NCBI GenBank assembly: GCA_038496445.1
Contig: JALMLS010000091.1
Span: 1 to 64,000 of the forward strand
Direction of reading: 5' to 3'
Length of the DNA stretch: 64,000 nt
DNA from: Trichosphaerium sp. ATCC 40318
Taxonomy: Eukaryota > Protista > Tubulinea
The notes beneath the pieces were generated by a model that had not been told where the DNA came from, ran no database searches, and saw only the letters and a program-made list of their open reading frames with translations. A program made the translations under genes and the position numbers. Positions 24,593 through 39,028 of the stretch are shown piece after piece. Numbering within the stretch: the stretch's first letter is position 1; each line of letters opens with the position of its first letter.

Positions 24593-27500
24593 TTACTTTT
24601 TACGTTTGTAACGCTTTGCAGACTTAAAACCTTTCTTTTGTCGTTTTGCAGCAGGTGCAAGGAATGGATTCCATTCTTGTGGCTTTGGTCTCTTTCTAGC
24701 AAGACGTTTCTCAAATAATGTCGTTGCTGTGATGAGTTTTTTATCACTTTTTTGACGAGCATCTCTTTTACCTTTTTGTAAAAAAATAACGTCAGTACCA
24801 ATATAAAAAATAATGAAGAAAGGTTTTTTAGAGAGGCACATAATGTATAGTTACTTGTGATGCATAATTTAATATTTTGAAAAAGCACCAACAGAGAAAT
24901 GGAGGTGTTTTTTCGGAAAAAAAGAAAAAAGAAAGAAAAAACGATGTACGTACTTCCTTTTTGTAGATTACCACTCTTGTACATAGATTTAGCTCGTTTA
25001 AATATCTTTGCTTTTTGCTCATCTAAAAAAAATGGTGTAAGATAAGGTCAAGCGACAGAGTAAAGCGTTTTAATTTCAGTGAACAAGAAGGGAAAAAAAA
25101 GTTCAATTCTGGATATTACTGTACCTGATACGTGTTTGTTGATTCGTTTTTCCCTACGCACAATCCTACTTCCTCGGTTTACACTTGGTGAATAACGTTC
25201 ATATACCTAAAGAAGGAAAAAAATAGAATAAGAATGGATTTTTCAGCTAGATTTGGAAGAGGAAAACTTACAGCTTCTTTAGCTTGTTTTAGCTTTTTAT
25301 CTTCTGGATTATGGTCCTCTAGATACTTTTTCTTTGCTTGTTCTAAACAGAGATAAATATAATCGTATCTGAGGCAAAATACAAAACAGCAACAACCAAA
25401 TCGCAAAAAAGAAAAAAAACGTACTGTCATGCCACCGTCTCTCTTTATTACTCATAATCCAAGGTCGTGTCTAAATATTTTTGTTAGTATTGTATTATTA
25501 GTACTGACCCGTCTGCCTCTACTTAATAAAATGACAGCTAGCACGTGTACTTCAAAACAAAATAACAAAACTTTTAAACGGAAAAAGAAAAACTCATACT
25601 TCGAGCTCTCTTCCTTCAACAACATCAGTCAATGTTTCTTGCAATTTACCAGCTCTCACAAGCTCATTTTCTTGTCTTTCCATGAGAAGAACATTATCAT
25701 ATTCGTTCCTGATCATTTATAAATGAGTACACAAAAAAATAGTCACAAAACAGAAAAAAAAGCAAGAAAAAATGAAACGCACTTCATGACTTGAACTTGC
25801 TCTGTATACTTTTTAATCAAACCAGGATCTATAATACGTTGTTTTGCCTATAATAAAACGTAAGAAATTTGCGCCAAAATAAGTTACTGAAGGAGATATC
25901 ACGTCAAAAAAAAATGCATTTATACGTTTATAACTGTATATTTTAAGATATCTTTCAATAAGTGCTTGTCTTCTCTTGTTGCAAATGTAATACTACGACC
26001 ATGACGACCAGCACGAGCTGTTCTACCTACTCGGTGGACATAACTTTGTACTTGTAGAGGTACTTCAAAGTTTATAACCTAAACAACAAACTTAGACATT
26101 ACTCTACTTCATATAGGTTTTGTGCGTACTGTCTGGACTCCAATTATATCTAACCCACGTGCTGCAATCTCTGTAGCAACTAGGACATCAATCTTACCAT
26201 CTCTGAAATCATTCATTGTTTGTAATCGCTATTAAAGTTAGAGCTTCGAAACAACATACTGTTCATTTTTTTATATAAATACCTTGTTTTGTTTTACTTC
26301 TCCTGAAAGCTCACCAGCTTTAATACCCAATAAACAAAGCCTTACACATAGATTATGACAACGTCTTCTGAATCGAGAGAATATAACAACTTGAGATGAA
26401 AACTCTTGTAACAAAGCTAGAGAGAAAAAATAAGCAAACTCGTTCAGATAACAAAAAAAAACTGTCTTCAGCTCGCCACTGACAACTTTTACAAAGTTCA
26501 AAGATGACGCTGTGTACTTACCTAATAGAGTAGGTACTCTGGTTTCTACCTTGACTTGAACGAACTCCTGTACTAAATTCTCTGGTGCACTGAACTTTGC
26601 GTCCATGTGTACTTTTGCTGGTTTTTTCTCAACACAAACAAGCTTTGCAAGTTTTGCTATGCCTAGATATTTCATAACCATTAGTTACTGCTGTATTGAT
26701 GAATGCGTATAATATAATAACAAAGAAATATTTTTAAGTTACTCACTTGATGTTAGGGTTGCAGAAAATAGAAGAGATTGGCGTTGATATGGAAGTGCGT
26801 TGACAAGTTTATCAACAACGGGAGAGAACCCCATATCAAGTATACGATCAGCCTCATCAATAACAAACAGCTCTAAGTCTTCTAATCCAAATCCTTGTGT
26901 GCTTAAGAGATGATCAAGAAGTCTACCTAACCGTGAGTGTCAGACTAACGATCTTGTGTAGAAAAGTATTTAAAAAGACTCTACTGCAACAACTTCACAT
27001 GTCTTTCAGTGACACAATATCATACCTGGTGTTGCTACTATAATATCGGGTTGGCCTGCAAGAAACCTTTTTTGTTTATCCATTGAAAGACCACCTGTGA
27101 TTAGACAAGTTGATACATCAACTGCAAAGAGAAATTAAGCACAGATGAGAAAAAATTTTAAACTCCTTACCGTATTGTGCCAAGTTATGTATTACTGACT
27201 CGCATTGAGCTGCAAGTTCTCTTGTAGGTTCCAATATAACTGCTTTTACGCATCTTTGATAACTTGTATAACATTAGTAAATAGTTAAGGTCACTATCAA
27301 CGTACCCAGCGCGAGATTTTTGATAAATCATTTCCAATACAGGCAACGCGAAAGCAGCAGTTTTTCCAGAACCTGTCATGGCGCTAGCTGTGACATCTTT
27401 ACCATTGAAGACTTTTGGTATAACAGCCTATAAAATAAACATCAATAGAGTATTTTAAAACCGGGTAATCAGCCGGTTGATTAAAACAAAACAAAACAGA

Positions 27501-28465
27501 AAAAACAGCAACTTTTGTTATATTTCGTACCGCTTGAATAGGCATTGGACGTGCCCAGCCTAATTTTTCAATACCGCGTAGTAATGGTTTACATAGTTTA
27601 AGTTTATGCCAAGGGATATCTTCAACTTCAGTGACTTTCTAAACCATCAAAATGTCAAAATTCCAAAAGTGACATTTTATTTTTTTTTTGAAATGAAATT
27701 CTTGAAAAAACAAAAAATGCAACCCCTTACCTCTTTACGCTTATCCATAGCTTTTGCTGCTTTTTCTTGAGCTTTCCTGACTTTTCTTTGTCTTCTTTTC
27801 TCTGCTTTTGCAGCTTCTAATGCCTCAGTATCTGGTTCTTCGATACCATCATCTACGCTTTCATCTGAATCTTCTGATTCTTCATTACTTGATTCTTCTT
27901 CATCTGACTCTGAGTCTGATCCAGAGGATGACATATCACCAAATGTTCCCTCAAAATCTGCGTCCTCCTTTATAGCTTGCGCTGCAGCGTCTTCTTTTTG
28001 TTTGTCCTTTCGTTTAAAATGAGCTTTAAGGATTGTAATAAAAATACCATACGCAATTGCGTATTAGTTCAGGTGATGAAATGGCGCGTTTTGTATAAAA
28101 TTAAAGAGGTTTACAGTTTCTGTCACTTACAACACGTTCAAAACTTTCACGTATAATGTTTATCTTAGTAGCCAGAGATGTACGATATTCCTATGCGTTA
28201 TTAGCGAAATTTTACATGTTTTCTGTATAACGGAATTAGAGGTTCAAACGTACGTCTCCTCTGTTTGGTTCAGCCATTTTAGCTGCTCGGTCAAAGTTCC
28301 AAGCATGTACTGTGTTTTTTCCGCTGTCGAACTCCAATTCGATCTGTATAAACAGTGAATACAACTACTTTACAATACGCGAGTAAATTTAATTATACAG
28401 ACCTCGTCCATGCCGTCGTCATCTACTTCTGGCGTGTCATCGAAAACTACGCGTAGGTCGTCCAT
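24593..28465 (-). CDS. DEAD-box RNA helicase, DDX27/Drs1-like, multi-exon
   Basis: [37 protein letters not shown] and [10 protein letters not shown]. Acidic N-terminus and [15 protein letters not shown]-terminus. Confidence 0.9.
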
Positions 28466-28676
28466 TGCGAGCTTTCAGAGTCTTTTCTGCCTTTGTTCCA
28501 AAAACGTTTTTACACCTCCAGAAATACTTCAGCTTTGACAATGCAAGACTTTTTTCTGCGACAACGCAAATTCTGCCGCAATAATCGGGAGAACCCCCGC
28601 AATCCTTTTGAAGACCTACCATTCCAAATTAGTAGACGTATATCATTTTGGTGGTAGTTTTGCTGTTTAACGAGCT

Positions 28677-31600
28677 ATGTTCACAAATTCGAACCCAGAC
28701 TTTACGCTCAATGAACCTGGAAACGAGTTTTATAATGACGGTACATTAATAAGCGAATGTTTTAAACCCAAAATATTCACTGTCAACAGGTTTTGGTTTA
28801 GATTTTACGACCACACCTACAAATGATCCTGGAATGTTTAATTTCTCTCAACAAGAGAATTGGCCAGCCTCAGCAAACAGCGCAAATTCGCTAGGGCAAA
28901 CATCAGGCCTTTTTAACAGTTCAGGAAACCTACAAGCGCCTGACCTTGGTGGTAATTTTACAATAAATGTAACGTGCGTGGTTGTGTTTTTTTCATTTTT
29001 GTCGCGAAGTTTCTGACTTTCTCAGTGGTAATGGACATCACTCGCCAGGTGCAACACAGGCGATGGTACGGGTAAAAAATAAAAAAAAAACAACGCCTTT
29101 TTGTTGACATGTGTGCTTATTACATAACAGGGCGAGCCAGTATCGTCTCCTTACTCGGATACACCAACTTCACCGGATTCTATCGAGATAGAGAACACAC
29201 CTCCTCATTCACCGCCTCAAAACTCCTCAAATATATTTGTCGCTACAGTTTTACATAAACCAAGGTAAAACGGGCTGTTTGCGTAGTGTTGATGACTTTT
29301 TTTTGACGTCCTTTTTTAGAGGTAAAGGTGGTAAATACGTCACTATAGAGGAAGGTCAGCGTATTAGAGTAACAAGAGATAGAGGTAAACGATTAAGAGT
29401 AGTGCTGGAGACTGTTGTGACTTGTGATTGGTCAAATGCTTTTCAACTTTTGTTGGACGATGTTAATGAGGACGTATGTATTTTTTCTTAGCGCCCCACG
29501 CTAATATTTGAGAATTTTTTTTAATTTATTTTAAATATCTCTGTTGATGTCTGACGCCTTTATAGGGGACTGTTATTCAGACATATGATGCAAATGGCCC
29601 TGGATTTGATATTGAAGCGAATAGAATGCGTCAATCAACGCCTCTAGGTAACTAACTAAGGAATCTTATTTTTCTAAATTGTTTTTCGATATTCGGTTTT
29701 CTACACTACAAAAAAAGATAAAGTACTATAAACAATTTATAACGTCTTTATAGGTAACGAGCCTCCTCGATATACTATTGAACTTGAAATTAAAGTATAT
29801 CTAATACATCGCCGGTTACGATTTCGTGTTTGTGCTTCTAGTACCTCCGGACAACTGCACGAAGGGAGGACTGTTGAATTTTATACACATGATAGTGGTA
29901 GAAGGTCGGTACACTCAATCCCGTAAATTCCCTAAAAGCTCCTCTTTTTATACCTTATTTTAACGAAAAACCACAAGAAAAGTAATTTTCCCTTTTCTCC
30001 TTCCAATTTATAAGGAATCACAATGATGTCATTGTTTTGTTAGTATTAAAAAAAACTTTCTAGAGGTGATCCAAAAAAGGCTTCTACAAAAACGCGGAAC
30101 AAAACATCAAGTAATACTCCTGCAAAAGCACCTTCTCGAAAACGTAGGAGAACTACTAGTGGTCCTGATACTCAATCTTCTGTTGGTCCTTCAAGTTTCT
30201 TGATGACGCCCATGTCTCAACAACAAGCTCAACCAATTGTACCACAAATGCCTCTTCAACAACGGCAGATTCCACCACAACAGCAACCAATGGCTTTTAC
30301 TCAAGTACTTACATTTTATTTTGAAATTGAAAAAAATTTCAGATTACTAACTTTTCTCGACCCAGGGGATGGCACGTCAACAAATGCCTCAACATATAAA
30401 TGGTGATTTACAAGTCAACGGTTATGTAAAGGTACGGATTTTTTTTAGTGACCTCAGTGATTCTTTTTCTGGCGTTTATAATTTTATTTTATTTTTTTCT
30501 TATTTTGACCTTAGGCGCATGGATTTTTCCAATATTCTGATGAACGTCTCAAAACTGATATTACAGATATTGTTGATGCCATGCAAGTTGTAACAAATTT
30601 GAATGGTAAAACTTATAAGTGGAAGCCAGGAACAGAGCAAGCGGGTACGTTGTTCGCGAATAAAATTTTATTTGCTTTTTACTGGTGATTTTTTTTATCT
30701 TATTTGGTTGTAGATGCTCGTGGTGGAGAACGGGTGATTGGTTTTATAGCTCAAGAGGTTCAAAAAATTGCTCCTTCAGTTATAAAACAGGTACGATAGC
30801 TCGTGCGCTAGTAAATTCCAAAAACCGCCTAAATACTGGTTTTTTTGTGTTTTTGTTTTGTTGTTTTTATTACTCAATACTGACTGTTTGTAGGCACCTG
30901 ACGGATTTCTCACTGTTAACTACATAGAATTGCTGCCATATCTTGTCGAAGCATTCAAGCAACTAGTAGCGTACGTAGTCTCCACAAGCATTTTTCAAAA
31001 AAATTGAAGAAATACTACGATTGTTTTGAGTTTTCTGTTTTCTTATGTATTGAAGCGACCATGAGAAATCAAAAGGAGAAATTGATGGTGATATATCGGC
31101 TCTTAAAGCAGATGTAGCAGCCTTACTTTCTAAAAAATCTGAAACAGATGATCTAAAGGAACAACTCATCTTACTTCGGAGACGAGTGTCTCGGTTAAGC
31201 TATCACGCTCATGGTACGTTTCATAGACAATCAAGCTTTGTCTGATACTGTTATAGGTTCCGATGCAGCAAGTGCTAGTACAAGTGCTGGAGACATACTA
31301 ACAATGAGTGGGAAGCGACGTCTTGTTAAGGCTGAGAGTGACTCTTCATCCACTCCTCCTCATAAAAAAAGTAGTAGTAAAAAAAAGAAGAAAAATAGTA
31401 AGCTCGCTTATATATCAATTGCATTACTTGCTGCTATGATTGTAACAGCAGGTCTTATTATTGTATTGGTACGCACTATTTTCTCCTTTGAAAACATTAA
31501 AGAAAAAAAGAAAAATCACGTGTTATTCTGAAAACAAACTTACAAAACGATTTTTGGTTTTCGTGTTGTTTTTCCACTACTGGAGTTTGAGTCAGGTTTT

Positions 31601-32713
31601 CTTTTTTGTATTGCGGCAGGTTGCTTATTTTTTTCTAGCTTGTGTTGACTGTGTTCGCTGATAATGACGGTGGTATTGACGATGATATTATATGGACTGC
31701 AAACCAAGTAGATAATCCTAGTTTTGAAGCAACAGATATAACAGATCCATCAATAGCTCTTTTATGGGAATTTACTGAAGGTGTATCAGTAGTAGATTTA
31801 GAGTACGTTCAAATAACTTTTGCCCGAATTTGAACTTGTACTTGAGCGTTTTCGTTTATTTCTTCATTTTCCTTTTGATAGTAGTATGACAAGGTAGTTT
31901 AGTACTACTCTGCACTTGTTTTTTTTTTTCCATATTTTCTTTGAGACGAAGTTCGATTAACTCTTTTGGTTAGAAATACGCCCGGGATTCCCATACGACA
32001 CGGAACCAATGTAATAAAGTTGGAGAGTGTTAATGGTACACAACCATCTGCTCAACAGTTGGTCGTTCCGTATAGTACAACAAATTCTGGGAGTTACAAT
32101 AGTGTCATGTTGGCTGGATATGCTTATACAAAGGAGATTGTTGCCTATGAAGACTTTAATAGTTACGGTATTATCTTAACTATGGTGTATCAGTATACGG
32201 GTGATGGTAGTAATAGTACAGACGCGGAGTATACCATGGAGATAGGTCTTCCATTCCCTGTATCTGGTACGTAAATTTTTTTTTCCTCTGGAGTCACGTA
32301 AAAAACGGCGATATTTGCACGTAGTTACGTGCATGACTACGTGATTATAAAACTTGAATATCGCCATGTAAATGGTGCTCGCTACATGTAGTTTTCTAGT
32401 TCGCGTAGCGAGTGCATTACTCTTTTTTTTTTTTTGGAAGACAAAGTAATATCACCACGTTTGTACAACCAATGACTTGCAATCGATTGCATTCAAAAAA
32501 TTTATGTCAATCATTTTCTGTCGTTACTTTTTTCACTTGCGTAATGTTGACTGTTTCGCCTTTTTAGATGATTCTGAATGGACTTATAGTGAGTTAGTAC
32601 AACCCCTTGAAAAGGATGATTACGAACTACGTGCTCTTACAGTGGAACTACATGTGACAAGCGCTACAGGCGCAATTTACTTTGACGATATAAATTTGAA
32701 CTTACAACAATAA
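28677..32713 (+). CDS. MYRF/MrfA-like membrane-anchored protein with peptidase S74 autocleavage chaperone domain
   Basis: NGDLQVNGYVKAHGFFQYSDERLKTDI..YKWK..IGFIAQEVQKIAP..VNYIELLPYLVEAFKQL, followed by a coiled coil, a basic patch, a TM segment and a luminal beta-domain. Confidence 0.85.
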
Positions 32714-33029
32714 TTCAAGACAAAAAAAAAGGGCAAAGTGGGAAGCTGACTTTCACTATTGCCCTTCTTTTTTCTTGATTTTTTTTTCAAACCTTGTACC
32801 ATAAATGTAAATAATATACTCACGAGTACTTACGCCTGTATTGGCGTTTTTGTAGTTATACTGGAGCAATGAAACTCTTTTATTTTTTTGTCTATAACGT
32901 GATTGAGAGCAGTTAGCGGAGGAAAAAACCATGACAAAAAGGTCCACTTTGGTCAGCTTTTTATGAAGTTACTGAGCTGTTTTCACGGTATTAGGCTTTG
33001 ACTTCGTATACAATCGCATATTTAGAACA

Positions 33030-34219
33030 ATGAGAGCGTATTATTACGGCTGCTATGGACATGGAATGGTTTTTATTGTATTATTTGTATTATTAGCAAT
33101 TGCCCGGGCTGATGTCGTCGCAATGGATAGTATTAATCAAACTACAACTGTACATATAACGGACTTGTACCTAAACGTCAAACAGCACCCACACATATCA
33201 AACGCGTTTATTGGTACTTTTATTGTATCTATGGAGTGGTATGAGTCCAGTAAGGGTTCCAACGGCGAAATTAAAATGCCTGCAGCAAAACTTGAAAATG
33301 CCAAAGTAACACGGTATTTACAAAGTGTAACAAAGACAGGAGATAGGATTAGATGGGTACATTACGTTGACGCTGTTTTTTATGAATGGCCTCGTTTCGG
33401 GAGTAGTACAATCACAAAAATGATTTGGTAACGTTCTTTTTTAACTACTCTTGTTGACGTATTCTTTACAGGGCTCCTGCTATTGCATTTCATTGGCCAG
33501 AGTATTGGGTAACTAAAACTACTGGTAGTGCCGTGTGTAGAACACTTGATACTCGTTTGAAGCCAAAAGAAACTCCGATAAAAGTCAATCCAATAAGTAC
33601 GATTTTTTGTCCCGTTTTATGAAAGGTTTTATCACGTGACTTGGTGCACAACAAACGGAACATATTCTCGGGTAAGACTTGAAAATGCAGGTTAAACCTT
33701 GAGGTGTTGTTCTGCTTGAAATGGTGTGAAGAAACTGAAAAGTATAGCTGTCGTTCTGACTTTGGTTTTTTTTTTGTAGAAAATAACGATCACGATTATA
33801 GCCATATACTCCTATTTACAGGGTGTGTATATGAAGCAGATTGGTCGCTATGGTTATATGATATAGTATTGTGTTCTATAATATGTATAATATCAGTGTG
33901 GCCTTGTACTTGGTTTCTCAAGATGAGCCGTTTTGATTTTATAAAAAAGCCAACTGCGATTATTTTAGGTGGATTCATGTTACATCTTTGCTTGACTTTC
34001 TACGTTATGTGGAGGTCTGCATTACATACAAAACAATTACACGATGTCATTTGGTATTCTAGTCTACGTGCATTGGCTTTTCTTTTTGCTTACCTCAAGT
34101 TACAGACGAGAGGAAGGAAATGGTTAGTATACTTTTTACCAACAACTATTTTTGATAAAGCAAAATATTTTTCTTTTTTTCCTATTTACTACAGACTAAA
34201 ACCACTTTCTTTGTTATAA
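33030..34219 (+). CDS. Signal peptide + beta-rich ectodomain + 3-4 TM membrane protein
   Basis: ORFs 33030-33431 and 33704-34219 joined by introns, with a hydrophobic C-terminal half. Confidence 0.55.
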
Positions 34220-34428
34220 TTACCACTTTTCAAGTCAAAGACGTTGTTCTTTTTGGAAAACAAGCAGTATTTCACAAACACGTGCTAGTGATACAATGTT
34301 ATTGCCTTTTCTTTTGCACCACAGAAAAAATCTTTCTTGGTTTTTTTTCGTAGTTTCTCACTGTTACAAGGTATGATTGGAAACAAAAGGAGTTAGTACA
34401 CCTTTTAATAGATATAGTAATCCATACT

Positions 34429-35010
34429 GTGTTTATTTATATGACATTTTTAAAATATGCTGGAATTGCTGTACAAGTAGATATTCTTTTTCAGTGTGGA
34501 TACAACTATATTCCAATATATCTTTACCTTCGAGAGTCAATTGTATGGCTATATTGTTATATCCACAAAAACACTAAAAATAACGATACTGGCATTACTG
34601 TATATGATCAACTACCACCAGAGGTATGGCACAAGATTTTTTCTTACCTAGAACTATCACATATGCGTACTTTGGTATCAACATCAAAATGTTTTTATGA
34701 TATTTTATATTGGAAAACAATCGATATAATTTATCCTCCTCCGGAGCTACATTGTGGTACTGTTATATATAATGACCTATGGTATATATGGACAGGTAAG
34801 AGGCTATATTTAAGAAGGAAAACAAGATCATTTAGCGCTAATATACATTATCCAACAAAAGTAAAAAGTAGTGGATACTGTGTTTGCTGTTTAAGTGAAT
34901 TTTGGCGTTCATCAACAGGCGGTCTTGTTTATAAAAAGACAAAGTATATATGCAATATATGTGACTGTTACTTACACCCTGAATGCTTTCATAGAGTACA
35001 CGTTCATTAA
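34429..35010 (+). CDS. F-box protein with C-terminal Cys/His zinc ribbon
   Basis: YDQLPPEVWHKIFSYL and CVCC...KKTKYICNICDCYLHPECFHRVH. True start uncertain. Confidence 0.75.
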   Translation: MFIYMTFLKYAGIAVQVDILFQCGYNYIPIYLYLRESIVWLYCYIHKNTKNNDTGITVYDQLPPEVWHKIFSYLELSHMRTLVSTSKCFYDILYWKTIDIIYPPPELHCGTVIYNDLWYIWTGKRLYLRRKTRSFSANIHYPTKVKSSGYCVCCLSEFWRSSTGGLVYKKTKYICNICDCYLHPECFHRVHVH

Positions 35011-35326
35011 CATTAAGCACGTGAAACTTGGACTTGAGTAAAAACTGTAAATAGCAAAAAAATCTCAAGTAAAAAAAATGTACAAACAATAAAACAAAGG
35101 TAACTAGTTAGATACTTCCCAAAATAGCTGAAAAACTCAAATACTTCATCACGTGACTGCTTCAACAGTCCAAAACGCCAAAACATCAAAAAGTGCTTAA
35201 ATTAGTTACACCTCTTTAAGTGAAGTAAGTTATGTCAAGTTTGTGCAAGAAAGTGTATAGAATTACGATTTTTAACAGTGGAATAAAACACATCTTGGAG
35301 AAGTAAATTGCAATATTATTTTGTAA

Positions 35327-36839
35327 TTACAGACACTCTATAGTGATATGTGCAAGTTGATCAAAACTCAAGCGAACAAACCCAGATCTTGCAGCGTCAT
35401 TCCACTCTAGAGAAAAAAATGTTAAAGAAGAAAAAAAAACAATCTAATAAAGTCTAATCATGCTTTACTTCCTTAAGTGAATATGCAATAATAGAATATG
35501 TATGATTTTAGAATTGAACATCACGTGATGTTCTGTTTGAGGAAAAAAAATATTATCGAAAACTTGGAAAATAGAAATGATTCACTTTGCTTACCAAATA
35601 TGCTTCTGACGATGGCAAGATGTGCCATAGCCATGAGGAATGCCTCAAAACTTAATCCATAGCCAGTGTTATTGAATTTAGTACTTAATGCAGTGATTGT
35701 CGGTTGAGAAAGTGAGAAACCAGCTTAACAAGTCATAAGGTTATGAAAAGTCTCATATAAAGAAATTAAACAATACCTTGAGATACTGCAGTCCAAGCCT
35801 CTCTAGGGTCGATGGAGCCACTTCTATCAGCGTCAGCGACAAAGAAGGCTTGTGTCATTTGAGTGAGAAATTGGTGTAAAGCTACGTATTCGCGAAAATC
35901 TACAATGACAACGTCAGGTACAAATACAGAAGTATTCTCGAACTCAACAAAAAAAAATACATAAAAAAACTGCTTGTGCTTCAAACACGTCAATTTTGAG
36001 ATCTCTAAAATTGACGCCATTGAGCAGCTAGATGAGTAATACTTTTGTTCACGTGAATCTTACAATTCCAAAAACGAGTAATAGTTAACACATGATACCA
36101 GAGAGTTACGTATAATGTATTTTTGGGTATTGTAGACTCCTAAGAAAAGAGAAAAATGAAACGGTTTGATTTTTGTTTTTTTTGTAAATTCGGAGTGACC
36201 TCATTTCTTTGTTGTCTGCTAACGCGTACCTATGCTTCCTGATTTATCCTTGTCGAATGCACGTATTATTTTTACCGCACAAGGTAAACCAAGAGGTCTA
36301 CCGTGAAATGCGACCTACAAAAAATTTTAGACGTTTTTTACGCTAGTGACGACGTTTTTAACGTAGATTGTCATGTTTTACGTACACCTGCTAATTCTTG
36401 AGCAGCAATTGTTCCAGATCTGTCTGTATCTATTGATTGAAACCTAAACACGTTAATTTAGAGCTTTCTTATGAGTTAATAAACGGTACCATGACTGTAA
36501 TTGATAGATCATTTGCTAAAGTGACAGGCAGAGCTTAGAAAATTACCTCTAGAGTAGTGCGTACTTGATTTTGCATCGCTTGATGGTAATAGTGAGCATA
36601 CCAACTATTATTGAATACTGTCGTTGTAGTTCGCGTTACACCGCTCGCAGGGTTACCGTATGAAGTAGTTGTTTGCTGGTAGCCACCTGGATGCGCAGGT
36701 CGAGGCGGTTGAACACCGTATGTCGTAGTGGTCTGTTGATAACTGGCAGCAGGTCGAGGTGGGTAACCTGGTTGATTGTATCTGCTTGGTGGTAAATGTA
36801 ACAACAGAAACTGGATTCTCCGTACCCTGGGTATGACAT
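35327..36839 (-). CDS. Penta-EF-hand calcium-binding protein (ALG-2/peflin family), multi-exon
   Basis: Pro/Gly/Tyr-rich N-terminus and EF loops DTDRSGTIAAQEL, DKDKSGSIDFREY and DADRSGSIDPRE. Confidence 0.9.
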
Positions 36840-37465
36840 GTTGTTCTAATTGTTTAATTCGTAACGAAATGAGCCGTTTGGGTGTTCATTGAAAGTCGCT
36901 CCTCATTCCGCAATCAGTTGGTGGACCAGAACATTACGCGTTTACCAATTGACTACCTGGGTTTCCGAAATAGCGCAGCAACATGCACTATGGTGCGACA
37001 GTTGCTGTAAACACCACCTAAAGTATACAATGGAAGCCTTTCTCACGAGACATCTTAGCGCACGATGTCGCAATGTTGAGCTCGCTTTACTTACCTCTTA
37101 ATACGATAACGTTGCGTCATTGTGCTGACAAAATACAAAACCCTTGGCCAGATGATCATTCAAAAGTGGAAGCTTCTCATTTTACTATATCCAACAACGT
37201 GATGAATAATATCGACCATAGGATGACATGACTGAGCAATAGAAAACCTATCTTGTCCTTGTATTCTTTACAATATTTGCTGGAAAAAACGTTACTTGAT
37301 GTTAGGATAATTGGCAAGCAATCCATTGTATTGGCGACTGTTCTGCAATTCCTTGTGGGCGTTAAAAGCTAAAGAAGTGCATAGGTTAACAAGTGCGTCT
37401 GATCGTAAACAAGTCCATCCGGCTATCACTTAACCTCTAAGGTCACGTAAATTACACAACAGCTT

Positions 37466-38887
37466 ATGACAATGCAAGTGTCAGATTTTGAAATCCTGGC
37501 AGTTGGACCAAATCCTGCGTATCAGAAAACGCTTACGTTCGATGATTTAATAGTAGGTAACAACGTTGTCAAGCGATAGCAGAGCCTTCTGTTTTGTTAA
37601 TATTATTAGGTCAAGTAAACAGAGCTAAAACAGCTGTTGTCACTGCCGGTGGCAAGGGTGTACACTTTGCGATGGCTGCGAACCAAATAAGTAACAATTA
37701 AAGCAACAAACTTCAATTCGGCTTATAAACACAGCCAAGGGCATTGCTTGCGTCGCTCAATTTGTTGGAGGCAACACAGGCTCGTTTATCTCTAATTCAC
37801 TTGACACCCAAAACATTCTTCACAAAGATGTCAAAATGACGTGCGCATATCGCTTTCTGTTGTTTTAACACGCGCGTTAATTCGTCAAAAAATCACTGAC
37901 ACTACCACAAGAGAGCCCACACGGACGTGTACGACACTCCTGGGCCGTGACAATGAAGCTACAGAAATTATAGATCCTTCTAGCCCTGTAACAGAGCAGC
38001 AATTGGCTGAAATGGAGGCTGTCATTCGCGAAAGTGTCAAGAAAACGAAAGGTAAAAAATCAATGATTCCATCCTCGAATGTTTCTCTTTTGTTGATCTT
38101 AGTTATATTTTAGCTGTAGCGTTATGTGGCACTTGTCCACCTGGTGTTCCACCGTCCTTCTACGCCAATGTAGCTCGTCTAGCGAAATCTTCTAATAATG
38201 AACAAATCGTACTATTGGATGGTTATAAAGGCGTAGATAAGGCGTTAAACTCGAAATGTATTGATATTTTAAAGATAAATACATTGGAGATAAAGAAATT
38301 AACAAAAAAAGAAAATATTGATGACGCTGTATCTCTCGTTTTTGATAGCTTTTCAGTAAAGCACGTATGTATTACTGATGGACCTGGTACTGCTTTTCTA
38401 TACAGTTCATCTCCTAAGCAAGCATGGAAGTACGACATACCAAAACTAGAAAATGTCAAAAATCCTATCGGTGCAGGTACATTTTTTTTTTCGCGGTAAT
38501 AGAACTTTACAAAACAAAAAGTAAAAACAAATGACATTTTACTTTTTTTAAGTCAGCAACAATATTGAATTTCATGTACAGAAAGTGTGCAGGTTCAATA
38601 TATTGTACAGTTAAACAGAACTTGTATTGTTTTTGGTTTTTTGACATTTTCTTCAAAAGGTGACACGACAGCTGCACTTCTTCTTGTTAAGATGGTACAA
38701 GGAACAACTATTCAAGATGCTTATACGTACGTCAAAATACAAATATGGCCTAAAGACAGATTTCTTACTTTACGTTAGGTATGCGTTAGCTGGTGCTTCA
38801 GCAAGTTGCTTAAACCAAATGCCAGCATGCTTTTCTAATGATGATTTGAAGAGAATAAATGACCTGATTGTAAGAAGTGATGCTTGA
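37466..38887 (+). CDS. PfkB-family carbohydrate kinase (1-phosphofructokinase-like), multi-exon
   Basis: VGPNPAYQKTL, VNRA, AGGKGVHFA, LKINTLE and NPIGAGDT. Confidence 0.88.
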
Positions 38888-39028
38888 AGTACACAATGAG
38901 GACCTTGTGGTAATAATGAAAATATTTTACAGTTTACTAGAGGTACAGTACAACAAAGGGTTTTTTGTGGTTTTTTTTTGTTTGTGTTTTTTTCACATAC
39001 GTGAAAATTATAATTCCTTCTTCTGTTA

